A stretch of DNA of 64,000 nt from a virus: IMG/VR virus record IMGVR_UViG_3300044641_010298, positions 1-64,000 of that record; one strand, given 5' to 3'. Shown in pieces: positions 1-8,181 of this stretch. Position numbers and translations under genes: made by a program. The notes below the pieces were generated by a model, which worked only from the letters and a program-made list of their open reading frames with translations, was not told the origin of the DNA and did not search any database. Position 1 is the stretch's first letter, and each line of letters begins with the position of its first letter.

Positions 1-165
1 GGCCGCTAGCCGCGGTGCAAGAACAGCGCCGCTGTCAGCGAGGGATAGGGTCGTTGTTGTTGCAATGATCTGCTTCTTGGCACCACGGATCACACTTGAG
101 ACGTCGAAACCTGAGCCCGCTGACTGGACAAGGCCCTTGCTGGGCGTGTATGCAACCTTTGGCAT
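1..165 (-). CDS. Small putative virion protein, N-terminal 55 codons only (runs off left edge); paralog of 269..772
   Basis: Not in ORF track. Manual translation from ATG at 165 gives MPKVAYTPSKGLVQSAGSGFDVSSVIRGAKKQ..., with a perfect AGGAGG SD at 171-176; open to the window edge. Confidence 0.8.
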   Translation of the reverse strand, partial: MPKVAYTPSKGLVQSAGSGFDVSSVIRGAKKQIIATTTTLSLADSGAVLAPRLAA

Positions 166-230
166 GTGAACCTCCTGTGCTCCGAATGCTTCCAATCCCC
201 TGTCGGTGTCAGGTGTTCACTTGGGCTGGG
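166..230 (-). promoter_or_regulatory. Structured 5' leader with anti-Shine-Dalgarno pairing (candidate cis-regulatory RNA)
   Basis: On the transcript GUGAAC-A-CCUG (220-210) is complementary to CAGG-AG-GUUCAC (177-166), which contains the SD. The same CCUG can alternatively pair with CAGG (202-199). Confidence 0.4.
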
Positions 231-232
231 CT

Positions 233-247
233 TAATACTAAGTATTA
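233..247 (-). promoter_or_regulatory. Candidate late promoter (ATACTTA) inside a 15-bp palindrome TAATACT-T-AGTATTA
   Basis: Matches the recurrent ATAnTTA intergenic motif; perfect inverted repeat around a 1-nt centre. Confidence 0.5.
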
Positions 248-268
248 TCTTGGCTCAGTTCTACCTAT

Positions 269-772
269 CTACACCACCAAGTCGTGCACAATGTCTGCAT
301 AGACATGAATCTCGCCGCTCTCTGATCTCATAATTTCAAGCGTTGCAATGCTATGCTTTCCTCCCTTGCGAAACTTTAATCCAAGAGCAGAAGAAGTTAT
401 GAAACTTGAAACAGGCTTCCCGTCAACAAGAACATCCTCAAGAAAGTGCTCTGCAGAATCAGCTCCAATTGTCATTATCTTGACAGTTGCTACCTGCGAT
501 CGCTGAAGTTCAAGATTCAAAAAATCTGCTGTCCAGGAAGCAGAGAGAGGCTCGATGTGCCTAAAATATCTTGTCCCGCCAGAACACTGATATTCAAAGA
601 TCTTTGCAGGTGCTCCAAGATCCTTGCATCTAGTCACAACATCTGCAGTAACACCGCTTACGGGTCCCTCGAATTTTATGCTGCCTTTGACAGTAACAGC
701 GCTCTCTATCGTAAGCCCAGACCCTCCTGAATGTACTACTCCTCGTGCATCACTTATTGTTGTTGAAGGCAA
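269..772 (-). CDS. Hypothetical (putative virion) protein, paralog of the MPKV gene
   Basis: ORF track gives 269..841. Likely TTG start at 772 after a GGAGAG SD. The N-terminus (M)PSTTISDARGVVHSGGSGL aligns with MPKVAYTPSKGLVQSAGSGF. Confidence 0.7.
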   Translation of the reverse strand: MPSTTISDARGVVHSGGSGLTIESAVTVKGSIKFEGPVSGVTADVVTRCKDLGAPAKIFEYQCSGGTRYFRHIEPLSASWTADFLNLELQRSQVATVKIMTIGADSAEHFLEDVLVDGKPVSSFITSSALGLKFRKGGKHSIATLEIMRSESGEIHVYADIVHDLVV

Positions 773-818
773 ATTCTCTCCTAGATGAGAAATTCTAGCA
801 AGAAAAAGATAAAAGTAA

Positions 819-2564
819 TTAGTGAAAGATAAGACAATCACGTATCATAAGTCTGAGCATCGATTCTGCAAGATTTGATTTCCTATAGAGGACATTCCAA
901 ATTGAATCTTTTGAATCATCATCGAGATTCTCTGGCAGAAGAGACTTGAATTCTTCCTTGTTTCCCTTTGAAAGAAGATCTCTCATGTATGTTCCCGATA
1001 TTCTCTCGCCATCGGGCATCAAGACGTTCTTTACAAAGACAGGAGAAATTCTTCCAGCTGCATACTGAACTGGGTAGTACTTCTCAAGCGATGCAGGATC
1101 AAATCTATCTCTATCATCTTCGCCTGCATATAGCTTAAATGAGACTTCGGGATCGTTTGCGTAGGCCCTGATTGCGCCTCTTGTGTCTCCTACTGGTTCC
1201 CCGCTGTAGCTTATGTCGACATTCTCTGGCAGGATTGGCTCAAGATATCTCTTCCATATCTTTATCATATCAGATCCGGAGATCTCAACTCCTCCGCTCT
1301 CCCTTGACTTTGCTGATACGATGAGAAAGACCTTGTCATTCTCTCTGGATGCCTGTTCAATGACTGCCCAGTGACCCTTGTGCAGAGGCTTGACTGCCAT
1401 CGGAACGACTCCAATGCTAACAAATGATCCGCTCCCCTTGACTCCTGCAGATGCTCTTTTTCCCACAATGTTTCTGGCTGCTGATATAGCATCGTCCTGT
1501 ATTACGATCAGATCTTTTCTTGGATTATCAACTCCTTCGTTTTCAAAATTCTCTCTGGACATCGAATAAACTATTTCTGATATTTTTGCCAGCATTGACG
1601 AGACTGATTCATCATCAAGATCGTCCTCATCAATTTTAGCCCTAATGAATCTAGAAAGATTCTCATAGTAGGCAGCCTCTTGATCTTTTGTTCCTTCGCC
1701 AAATTCTTGCTGCTTTTTCATCTTTCTCATTTCTTGATCGTGCTGATCAGATCGAGAAGTCTTAAAAAGTCTGCCCGTGTATTTTGTTGTCTGGCCTGTT
1801 GCCGGATCTTGAAGCGGTGTGATAACAACACCCTCAGCATCTCCGCCTAGTGCTGATGTGAAATCAGAAAATACATCAATAATGAGGCTTAAAGCCTCTT
1901 TCCAGCTTCTTGTCCCGATTAAAGAGTCTAGCTTCTGACGCATGCTTTCAAATCTGCTGGAAATACTGGAATCTTTTGATCCTGCCACAAGATTATCAAC
2001 AGAATCTAGTCTTCCTTCAAAAAGAACAGGATAAGACTCTAACTCAAGCGCGTTTCGAAAGTATTCAAATTTTTCAGAATCATTTTCAAACTCAGCGAGA
2101 GATGTAATTCTTGCACCTCTTAGAGAAAAAACAGTCGGTCCAAACCCAGTCAAAAATAATCCACCTGTCTTCTCGTAACTTCTTGAGATTGTAGGTTTTC
2201 TCTGGATAAACTCGATAAAGAATTCATAGTCTGCGGGGAAATCTGCTGTATTCTTGTGGACACGCTTCAGGTGGTTGTGAACAAATGCATACTGGCTTCT
2301 ACCTGCGGACTTCTCCTTGATCTCTTCTTCTCTGCCTCTTCCGACAAGTCCTGTGAATTCTTCTGGAAAAACAACACCTTCTTTATAAGCAACAATCCAG
2401 TTTTTTAGATAGTCATCCTCGTCGAAAGGTTCACTATTTCTGATAAATGTGAGTTTTGTGCCATCGAGCTTTTCAACGATCTTTACGTATTGATTGCAAA
2501 ACTCCTGAGCAGCAACTGCAGATGTTACAACCTTGATGACCTTTGGAATAGAGATGTCAAGCAT
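819..2564 (-). CDS. Fusion: N-terminal ATP-dependent ligase-like (covalent nucleotidyltransferase) domain + C-terminal HIGH-family cytidylyl/adenylyltransferase (NMNAT/CoaD-like)
   Basis: Ligase motifs I EKLDG, III FFIEF, IV EGVVI and V LFK. HIGH motif KPLHKGH and NMNAT-like ISGTYMR near the C-terminus. Confidence 0.75.
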   Translation of the reverse strand: MLDISIPKVIKVVTSAVAAQEFCNQYVKIVEKLDGTKLTFIRNSEPFDEDDYLKNWIVAYKEGVVFPEEFTGLVGRGREEEIKEKSAGRSQYAFVHNHLKRVHKNTADFPADYEFFIEFIQRKPTISRSYEKTGGLFLTGFGPTVFSLRGARITSLAEFENDSEKFEYFRNALELESYPVLFEGRLDSVDNLVAGSKDSSISSRFESMRQKLDSLIGTRSWKEALSLIIDVFSDFTSALGGDAEGVVITPLQDPATGQTTKYTGRLFKTSRSDQHDQEMRKMKKQQEFGEGTKDQEAAYYENLSRFIRAKIDEDDLDDESVSSMLAKISEIVYSMSRENFENEGVDNPRKDLIVIQDDAISAARNIVGKRASAGVKGSGSFVSIGVVPMAVKPLHKGHWAVIEQASRENDKVFLIVSAKSRESGGVEISGSDMIKIWKRYLEPILPENVDISYSGEPVGDTRGAIRAYANDPEVSFKLYAGEDDRDRFDPASLEKYYPVQYAAGRISPVFVKNVLMPDGERISGTYMRDLLSKGNKEEFKSLLPENLDDDSKDSIWNVLYRKSNLAESMLRLMIRDCLIFH

Positions 2565-3903
2565 TTATAATAAACCTCACGAAACGACGTACGTTCTCTT
2601 CGAGCTCTACAGGAGCAAGGTCTTCTTCGTCGCTAACAAGAGATCCTCTCTTTGACATCTTATCTACAAATCTCCCATAATATTTCTCAATAATCCCTTC
2701 TAGTTCTTCCTGCGGCATTGCTTCATTTAGAAGATCATCAAAGCCCATCGTTCGTATCGTTGCAATAGCTGCAGCCTTAGGCTGCTGGTCTTTCACGATG
2801 CTATATGTGCTGATTTCTTGGCCTGTATCTCCAATCAACTTATAGATGAAAGACTTTAAAACGCTTCCACAAAATTTTCTACCCTGGTCCGAAGTCAGAA
2901 GATTCTCTCTCATTATCTCGAGCAAACCTACAAAGGATCTCATCTTCTCGAGGTCTTCGCTTTCAGGCTCGAACCCGAATGCAGCCATAAAAATCTCTGC
3001 AACATCAGTTGAATACTTCTTATTTTCAGGCTCTGTAAGCTTGTAGAGCGGCTGATCTTCGTATTCTGCTTCGACTTCTTCGCCTGTTTGAGGATCAGTA
3101 TACTTTTGTCGAGTTAGTCGAGTCTGACCAAGTGCCTTCTCAACTGAAAAAGACTTCATGTAAAGATCAGACTGGTATCCTTTTGCAACTTTGACCTTTT
3201 CTGGCGGGTAGACAGGTGACTTTGCAGTTGCAATAACTCCGGTTGACATTCTGGAAGCAACAGAAACTAGAGACTGCAAAAGATACTTGTGAAAGACTCC
3301 TTTGACAGCAGTCTGAACATCTCTCCAATTAGATGAATGACTTAACTTCACCCATCGCTTCAGTGCATCTGCAGTTTGTTCATCCTCACCTTCAACGGGA
3401 ATTGGTTGAGGCATGAAGTCAAACTGAACATATGGCTCTCCCTTTCCATCCATGTATTGAAAGATTGAGTTTGTTCCTCGAGAATCGGCTGTACTATTCT
3501 CAGAGTGCATCTTTGTGCAGATAATCTTAAACTTAGATCCGGGAATCATCTGCCCTGCACTTTTCTCGATTGTACGCATGAGCTTTGATCCGCGAGATCC
3601 AGCCTGAGGTACGTAGATGTCAATATCGCTAAATGATCCCTTGTATCGATTGAACTCTTCATCAGTGATGCTGGCGTCAAAGACATGCTCCGTAGATCCG
3701 CCAAAGATCAACAATTCATCAATATTTCCAGATAGATCAGGCCACAACAGAATTCCGTTATCCTTTTCGAAAATATCGTTGAGGCCCATTAGCATAGATT
3801 TCACATCTTCGGTAAAAACAGCCCTGGAACTAGCCCTGGAGACCTTCAGGGTACGGCCAGATATCAATTTACCATCGATCTCGCAACGAAAGTTTCCGCC
3901 CAT
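2557..3903 (-). CDS. DNA polymerase beta-superfamily nucleotidyltransferase
   Basis: FGGS...SDIDIYV (hG[GS]...DxD) and third acid in YVQFDFM; overlaps the downstream gene by 8 nt. Confidence 0.7.
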   Translation of the reverse strand: MGGNFRCEIDGKLISGRTLKVSRASSRAVFTEDVKSMLMGLNDIFEKDNGILLWPDLSGNIDELLIFGGSTEHVFDASITDEEFNRYKGSFSDIDIYVPQAGSRGSKLMRTIEKSAGQMIPGSKFKIICTKMHSENSTADSRGTNSIFQYMDGKGEPYVQFDFMPQPIPVEGEDEQTADALKRWVKLSHSSNWRDVQTAVKGVFHKYLLQSLVSVASRMSTGVIATAKSPVYPPEKVKVAKGYQSDLYMKSFSVEKALGQTRLTRQKYTDPQTGEEVEAEYEDQPLYKLTEPENKKYSTDVAEIFMAAFGFEPESEDLEKMRSFVGLLEIMRENLLTSDQGRKFCGSVLKSFIYKLIGDTGQEISTYSIVKDQQPKAAAIATIRTMGFDDLLNEAMPQEELEGIIEKYYGRFVDKMSKRGSLVSDEEDLAPVELEENVRRFVRFIINA

Positions 3904-3924
3904 TATTATCTCACTCGCTTTAGA

Positions 3925-3931
3925 TAACTAT
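3925..3931 (-). promoter_or_regulatory. Candidate late promoter ATAGTTA upstream of the nucleotidyltransferase pair
   Basis: Identical heptamer at 35191-35197 and 46007-46013 upstream of baseplate genes. Confidence 0.55.
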
Positions 3932-5340
3932 CATGAAAGTGTCAAAATCTTGGAACCGGCTCCCCAGATTCTGAACACACCTGATTTTGATGCAATTTCT
4001 CTCTCAGAAATTCCGCTAGAAGCCTTGAATTTAAACCTGTCAAATCTAGATCTCATATCTGTATACCAGTAATCGGGACCGGTCTGTCCGACTTCTTCAA
4101 ACCCGCATGAGAGGTATCCCGTGCCAAATCCAACCCGTCTATCGACATATGTCATTAGGCCAGAATGACCTAACTCAATTGCATGCTCTAGAGCTGCACG
4201 TGCCAGCCTTGATAGCCCACCCACAACAATCACGCCCGGTGTCGTTGCATACCTTGAAATCTCTAGCCTATCTCTCCACTTTTCCTGTCTCGGAACTCTG
4301 ACGGAGAGACATGACAAAATTTCACCCTCATATTCAATCGCCCATGCATTCTGAGCGGGTGCGTATCCTGCCAGATGAGAAGATTCAAAGAACTGACGCT
4401 GTGTTTTTGCATCAATCTGGACCACCTTACATTTTCTGGCGCCAATCTTTCTATCAGCAATCCCAAGACGACTTCGAATCATCTGTTTAACGATGTAATT
4501 CCTGTCTCTCCACTCATCATGAAATATTTGCAGTAGTCGAACGCCAGCATTCTCAGCAAGCGTCGCCTTTGTTGCATGCAACTTTGGATCGCATCCATCC
4601 TTTGCCTCTGAATGAAAGTAGAGGCCATGACATTCAATTCCAAAGCGTTTGTCCGGAACGAAGATGTCAATTTCTTTTGGAAAAATGGTCTTTCTGTTTC
4701 CTCTCTCGACGTTAAATCCTAGAGAAGAAACAAATTCTTCGACTTCAAGCTGCCACTGTGATGCTGTCAGCGGGTGACACTTTTCACAAAGTGTGCCTCT
4801 TTCAAAGGCTTGCAAAGTTTTTTGCTGTATGTCTCCGCACTTCTTGCATCTAAATTCAAGATATTGGCGCTGTCTGCTCACATATTCTTCGATGGGAGTG
4901 ATAAGCTCAAAATCAGAAGATCGAGACAAAACTCGAGACTCAATTGTCTCACCCATGAGCCGTTTTGATATGCTAATCTTTGTTCGAGTTAGATCATCGT
5001 GTGACCTTCCAAAGAAGGGATTTCCAGATCCTCTCATCTTGTCTGCAATCTGCTTTATGCGCAGGTCGCAGTCAGCAGTCTTGCCTTTGTTCCAGGCCTC
5101 TGCTTTTCCACCTTTCGATCCGCCCTCTCTCATTGCAATAGAGGAGCATGATTTGCAGTATTTCTTGAATTGGAATGACGTGTATCTTGTTTGAGATCCA
5201 CAAGCTTGGCAGGTCGGTCGAATTCCTCCGTGAAAGTGCTTGATGGTGTAGTTTTCTCCTGTCATTCCATGATATGACTTGATGTGATTTGAGAGGACTT
5301 TCCCGTCTTTAGTCTCGCAGGAGCATTCGAGGCAGATCAC
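3931..5340 (-). CDS. Homing-endonuclease-like protein (Zn fingers + NUMOD3 + Vsr/Hef-like PD-(D/E)xK nuclease) with C-terminal Mom-like GNAT domain
   Basis: CxxC...HxxxxH finger, GSGNPFFGRSH (NUMOD3) and EIDIFVPDKRFGIECHGLYFHS nuclease motif. C-terminal ARKC...EISRYA...VVGGLSRL...TYVDRR...GF...TGPDYWY. Confidence 0.7.
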   Translation of the reverse strand: MICLECSCETKDGKVLSNHIKSYHGMTGENYTIKHFHGGIRPTCQACGSQTRYTSFQFKKYCKSCSSIAMREGGSKGGKAEAWNKGKTADCDLRIKQIADKMRGSGNPFFGRSHDDLTRTKISISKRLMGETIESRVLSRSSDFELITPIEEYVSRQRQYLEFRCKKCGDIQQKTLQAFERGTLCEKCHPLTASQWQLEVEEFVSSLGFNVERGNRKTIFPKEIDIFVPDKRFGIECHGLYFHSEAKDGCDPKLHATKATLAENAGVRLLQIFHDEWRDRNYIVKQMIRSRLGIADRKIGARKCKVVQIDAKTQRQFFESSHLAGYAPAQNAWAIEYEGEILSCLSVRVPRQEKWRDRLEISRYATTPGVIVVGGLSRLARAALEHAIELGHSGLMTYVDRRVGFGTGYLSCGFEEVGQTGPDYWYTDMRSRFDRFKFKASSGISEREIASKSGVFRIWGAGSKILTLS

Positions 5341-6125
5341 GCAAAGCTCACAACTTCGTAGTGTGCGTCATTCTGTAGGCACCACTGCATTAGCGCACGC
5401 CACTTCTCGCGATCAACGTCTGTTGCATAGCCCTTTATCTCATAGAGCGTCCTCATGTCAAGAGAGATGAAATCTGGAATGTAGGTGCGCTCTTGCCCGT
5501 TCGGATCAACATAGGGGATGCGGATCCCGTGCTTCTTGGTGACGGGCGTCTGACTCTCTATGCACTGATCGAGGAATCGTGTCTCCCAAGAAGAGTGCAT
5601 GTATTCCTCCCGGGATGTGAATGGGTTATGCTTCCATTCAGCCTTGTAGGGCGCCTGGGGACCGATCTTGCCCTGCTCGAGGAGATTGATGGCGTGCTCA
5701 GTCTGTCTCTTTCTCTTTTCAGCCGACTCGGGTTTTTGCCAGTTCTCTGAGTTTGTCTTGGCTGAACGCTTTCGGACTTCGGGTGTAATGTGCGTTCTCA
5801 TGAGAGATGCCTGACTTACTGCCTTGTCTTTGTTTTCTCCATAAAATCGAATCAAGTTTTCACGATTCTTCTCACCAATCTTTGCCTTGGATTCTTCTGT
5901 CAGGCGACCCTCAATCCTTGCTGAGTGGCCATGAATGTAGCGAAGGAATCGCATGCCTTGAGAAAGTGAGAATGGCGCATCTTGACCACAGCCACACTCG
6001 CACTTTGGATTAACACCAGCATGTACGTAATTTAGAAGGTAGTTTTCATAAGAGATTCCATGTGCCCTAGACACGTGTGATGCAAGACGTTCGAAGTCTT
6101 TTTGACAGATTTTGCATGATTCCAT
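5337..6125 (-). CDS. Homing-endonuclease-like protein with C2H2 finger, CxCGC motif and TnsA-like PD-(D/E)xK endonuclease domain
   Basis: CKIC...HVSRAH, CECGCG, HSSWETRF...YIPDF...YEIKG. Confidence 0.7.
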   Translation of the reverse strand: MESCKICQKDFERLASHVSRAHGISYENYLLNYVHAGVNPKCECGCGQDAPFSLSQGMRFLRYIHGHSARIEGRLTEESKAKIGEKNRENLIRFYGENKDKAVSQASLMRTHITPEVRKRSAKTNSENWQKPESAEKRKRQTEHAINLLEQGKIGPQAPYKAEWKHNPFTSREEYMHSSWETRFLDQCIESQTPVTKKHGIRIPYVDPNGQERTYIPDFISLDMRTLYEIKGYATDVDREKWRALMQWCLQNDAHYEVVSFA

Positions 6126-6161
6126 GATTATATTATATTCATATCAACATGAAAGTTACAT

Positions 6162-6204
6162 AAAAAAAGAAACAAAGATGGCGCCCTTTTTAGGGGGCGC
6201 CATC
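6162..6204 (-). terminator. Rho-independent terminator after the major capsid gene
   Basis: 10-bp stem GATGGCGCCC/GGGCGCCATC (6177-6186, 6195-6204) followed on the minus strand by TTTGTTTCTTTTTTT. Confidence 0.9.
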
Positions 6205-6207
6205 CAT

Positions 6208-6250
6208 ATAGTTGAATCTAAACCGTAAGATTTAGATTACATTCAACTAT
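6208..6250. repeat. Second inverted repeat overlapping the gp23 stop codon
   Basis: ATAGTTGAAT(6208-6217)/ATTCAACTAT(6241-6250), plus inner CTAAA/TTTAG arms. Confidence 0.6.
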
Positions 6251-8154
6251 ATTATGTTCATGTCAAGACACGTGACGGTGCCGTAGAAGTCGGCGCGAAC
6301 CATCTTCTTACCGTAGCGAGTCATGACGCCCTTACGAGGAGTGAAATCCTCGGGAGCAAAGATCGTCGGGGTGACGATGAGCGGGACGTACGGAGCGTAG
6401 ACGTAGCCGGTCTCGAGGTAAGAACCGCCCTTGTAGCCGACGAGAACCTTGTTCCTTGGGAAGTAAGGATCCTTGTAGACCGTGAAGCGGTTGGACAGGG
6501 TGCCGATGGGGGAGGCGCCGATGGACATCGAGCCGCCGACCTGGCCCTGGCCATCGATCGAGTAGTTGGGCTTGTAGAGCACCGAAGCCTCGAGGACGGT
6601 GGCGACATCGGGTGAAACCACGATGAAGTTGGCCGAACCACGAAGGGTCTTGCGGTGGATCTCGTTAGCAACGTCGATGATGGTCTCGATGAGGGTCTCG
6701 TACCACTCGCGGACCGTACCGGTGAAGGCAGGGCCGGGAGAGAGTGTATCACCACGAGAGACCTCGGTTCCGTTTGTCTTGTTGACGAAACGACCGGGAG
6801 CACGTGACCAGAAGTAGTTAGCACCACGAGCCTCGGTGAGGAGGTCGTTGAGGATCTCACGGTCGATCTCGAGGGCGATCTGCTCGCTCAGGATCTGAGT
6901 CAGTTCGACCTCAGCATCCATTGAGTGGTATGCATTGAGATCCTGTGCCAACTCTGGCGACCAGCGAGCGCGCAGCTTGCGGGTCGTTGCGGTGACCGGG
7001 ATGGACTCGATCTTGATGTCGATCTCAGGGATGATTGGCGAAGGCGAAGTACCGAAGTTAGACTCGAACGAAGGAATCGTAAGAGTTGAGGCATCGGATC
7101 CATCAACGCTCAGTGTGTCGGACACTGTGTAGGATGCAGTGAGGTTGAGAGAAACAGCAGCGGCTGTTCCTGCGTATGCTCCCGAGACGACAGTCAGAAC
7201 AACAGCGTTAGCAGAGCCAGAGGCGAGAAGCGGGTTGGGTGTAAAGATACCACCAACTAGAGTTCCGTACTGGTTCAGACGACGAATGTTGAGGATGTTC
7301 TGTCCACCCTGGAAGGACTCGCCCGGAACTGCGAGAGTTCCTGCTGGAAGCGCCTCAGAGTGGAGAGCGATCTCCTTGACCTGCTGGAAGTCAGTGTTGG
7401 GCGGAAAGGTCGTGGCATCGAGGAAGACGAACTGGAACTGACCCGTGCCGTTAAGAACGTTGTCAGAAGCGTCAGACTCGATGAGAGTTGTGACCTGTGG
7501 GTCGAACTGGAGGAAGCGTCCGTCTGTGCCGGTGGCAAAGCACTTGGCGCCGGTTGTGAGTGTTGATTTAGCCTGGAATGCACCCCTTTCTGCAACGCTA
7601 AATGCTGTAGAAGCGCTGTGAACCTTGGTGAAGCCCGTTCCAACAAGATCGTACTGACCGCCGGTGGCGAGAGATCCAGAGCGAACGCCCTTGCCAACAG
7701 GGTTGTTGTAGATCGACTGTCCGCCCTTGTAGGTTGCGCCAGCGGTTGACGTGCCAGTCGTGAGCGAGGCATCGCCGCCAACGTCAGAACCGTAGGTGTA
7801 ATCCAGGTAGAACAGGAGACCGGAGGGGAGGCTCATCGGCTGGATGGAAACGAGCTCGTTGGCAACGAGACCGCCGAACACGCGACGAACGATGGGGAAG
7901 GCGATGTTGGTGAAACCACGGATGTCGCCAGAGGAGGAGGGATTGCCACCGCCGGTGCCGAGGGTGTTGACCTCGCGGAGGAGCTGTGCAGCCTGGTTCT
8001 CCATGAGGCGAGCCATGTTGTCACGCTTGACGCCATCAAGGCCACGAAGCAGGCCGGTACGGGTCCACTTCTCAATGAGGCGACGGCCCTCCTCGGTGAT
8101 GTTGCGATCACTGATTCCCTCAGTGAGCATGTTTAGCGAAAAATTCTTTGACAT
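6247..8154 (-). CDS. gp23: Major capsid protein, T4 gp23-like, with large insertion
   Basis: LVSIQPMSLPSGLLF, TRKLRARWSPELAQDLNAYHSMDAEVELT, YAPYVPL, FTPRKGVMTRYG; strong C/G-ending codon bias. Confidence 0.97.
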   Translation of the reverse strand: MSKNFSLNMLTEGISDRNITEEGRRLIEKWTRTGLLRGLDGVKRDNMARLMENQAAQLLREVNTLGTGGGNPSSSGDIRGFTNIAFPIVRRVFGGLVANELVSIQPMSLPSGLLFYLDYTYGSDVGGDASLTTGTSTAGATYKGGQSIYNNPVGKGVRSGSLATGGQYDLVGTGFTKVHSASTAFSVAERGAFQAKSTLTTGAKCFATGTDGRFLQFDPQVTTLIESDASDNVLNGTGQFQFVFLDATTFPPNTDFQQVKEIALHSEALPAGTLAVPGESFQGGQNILNIRRLNQYGTLVGGIFTPNPLLASGSANAVVLTVVSGAYAGTAAAVSLNLTASYTVSDTLSVDGSDASTLTIPSFESNFGTSPSPIIPEIDIKIESIPVTATTRKLRARWSPELAQDLNAYHSMDAEVELTQILSEQIALEIDREILNDLLTEARGANYFWSRAPGRFVNKTNGTEVSRGDTLSPGPAFTGTVREWYETLIETIIDVANEIHRKTLRGSANFIVVSPDVATVLEASVLYKPNYSIDGQGQVGGSMSIGASPIGTLSNRFTVYKDPYFPRNKVLVGYKGGSYLETGYVYAPYVPLIVTPTIFAPEDFTPRKGVMTRYGKKMVRADFYGTVTCLDMNII

Positions 8155-8181
8155 TGCTTTATTTCTCCTAAAAGCTTATGA

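Noticed and set aside
166-268. tRNA or known riboswitch in the GC-rich gap
   Set aside because: No cloverleaf, T-loop or recognisable known aptamer consensus; kept only as an unclassified structured leader.
5337-6125. Tn7-like transposon suggested by the TnsA-like domain
   Set aside because: No TnsB/TnsC, terminal repeats or target duplication; the architecture matches free-standing phage homing endonucleases.
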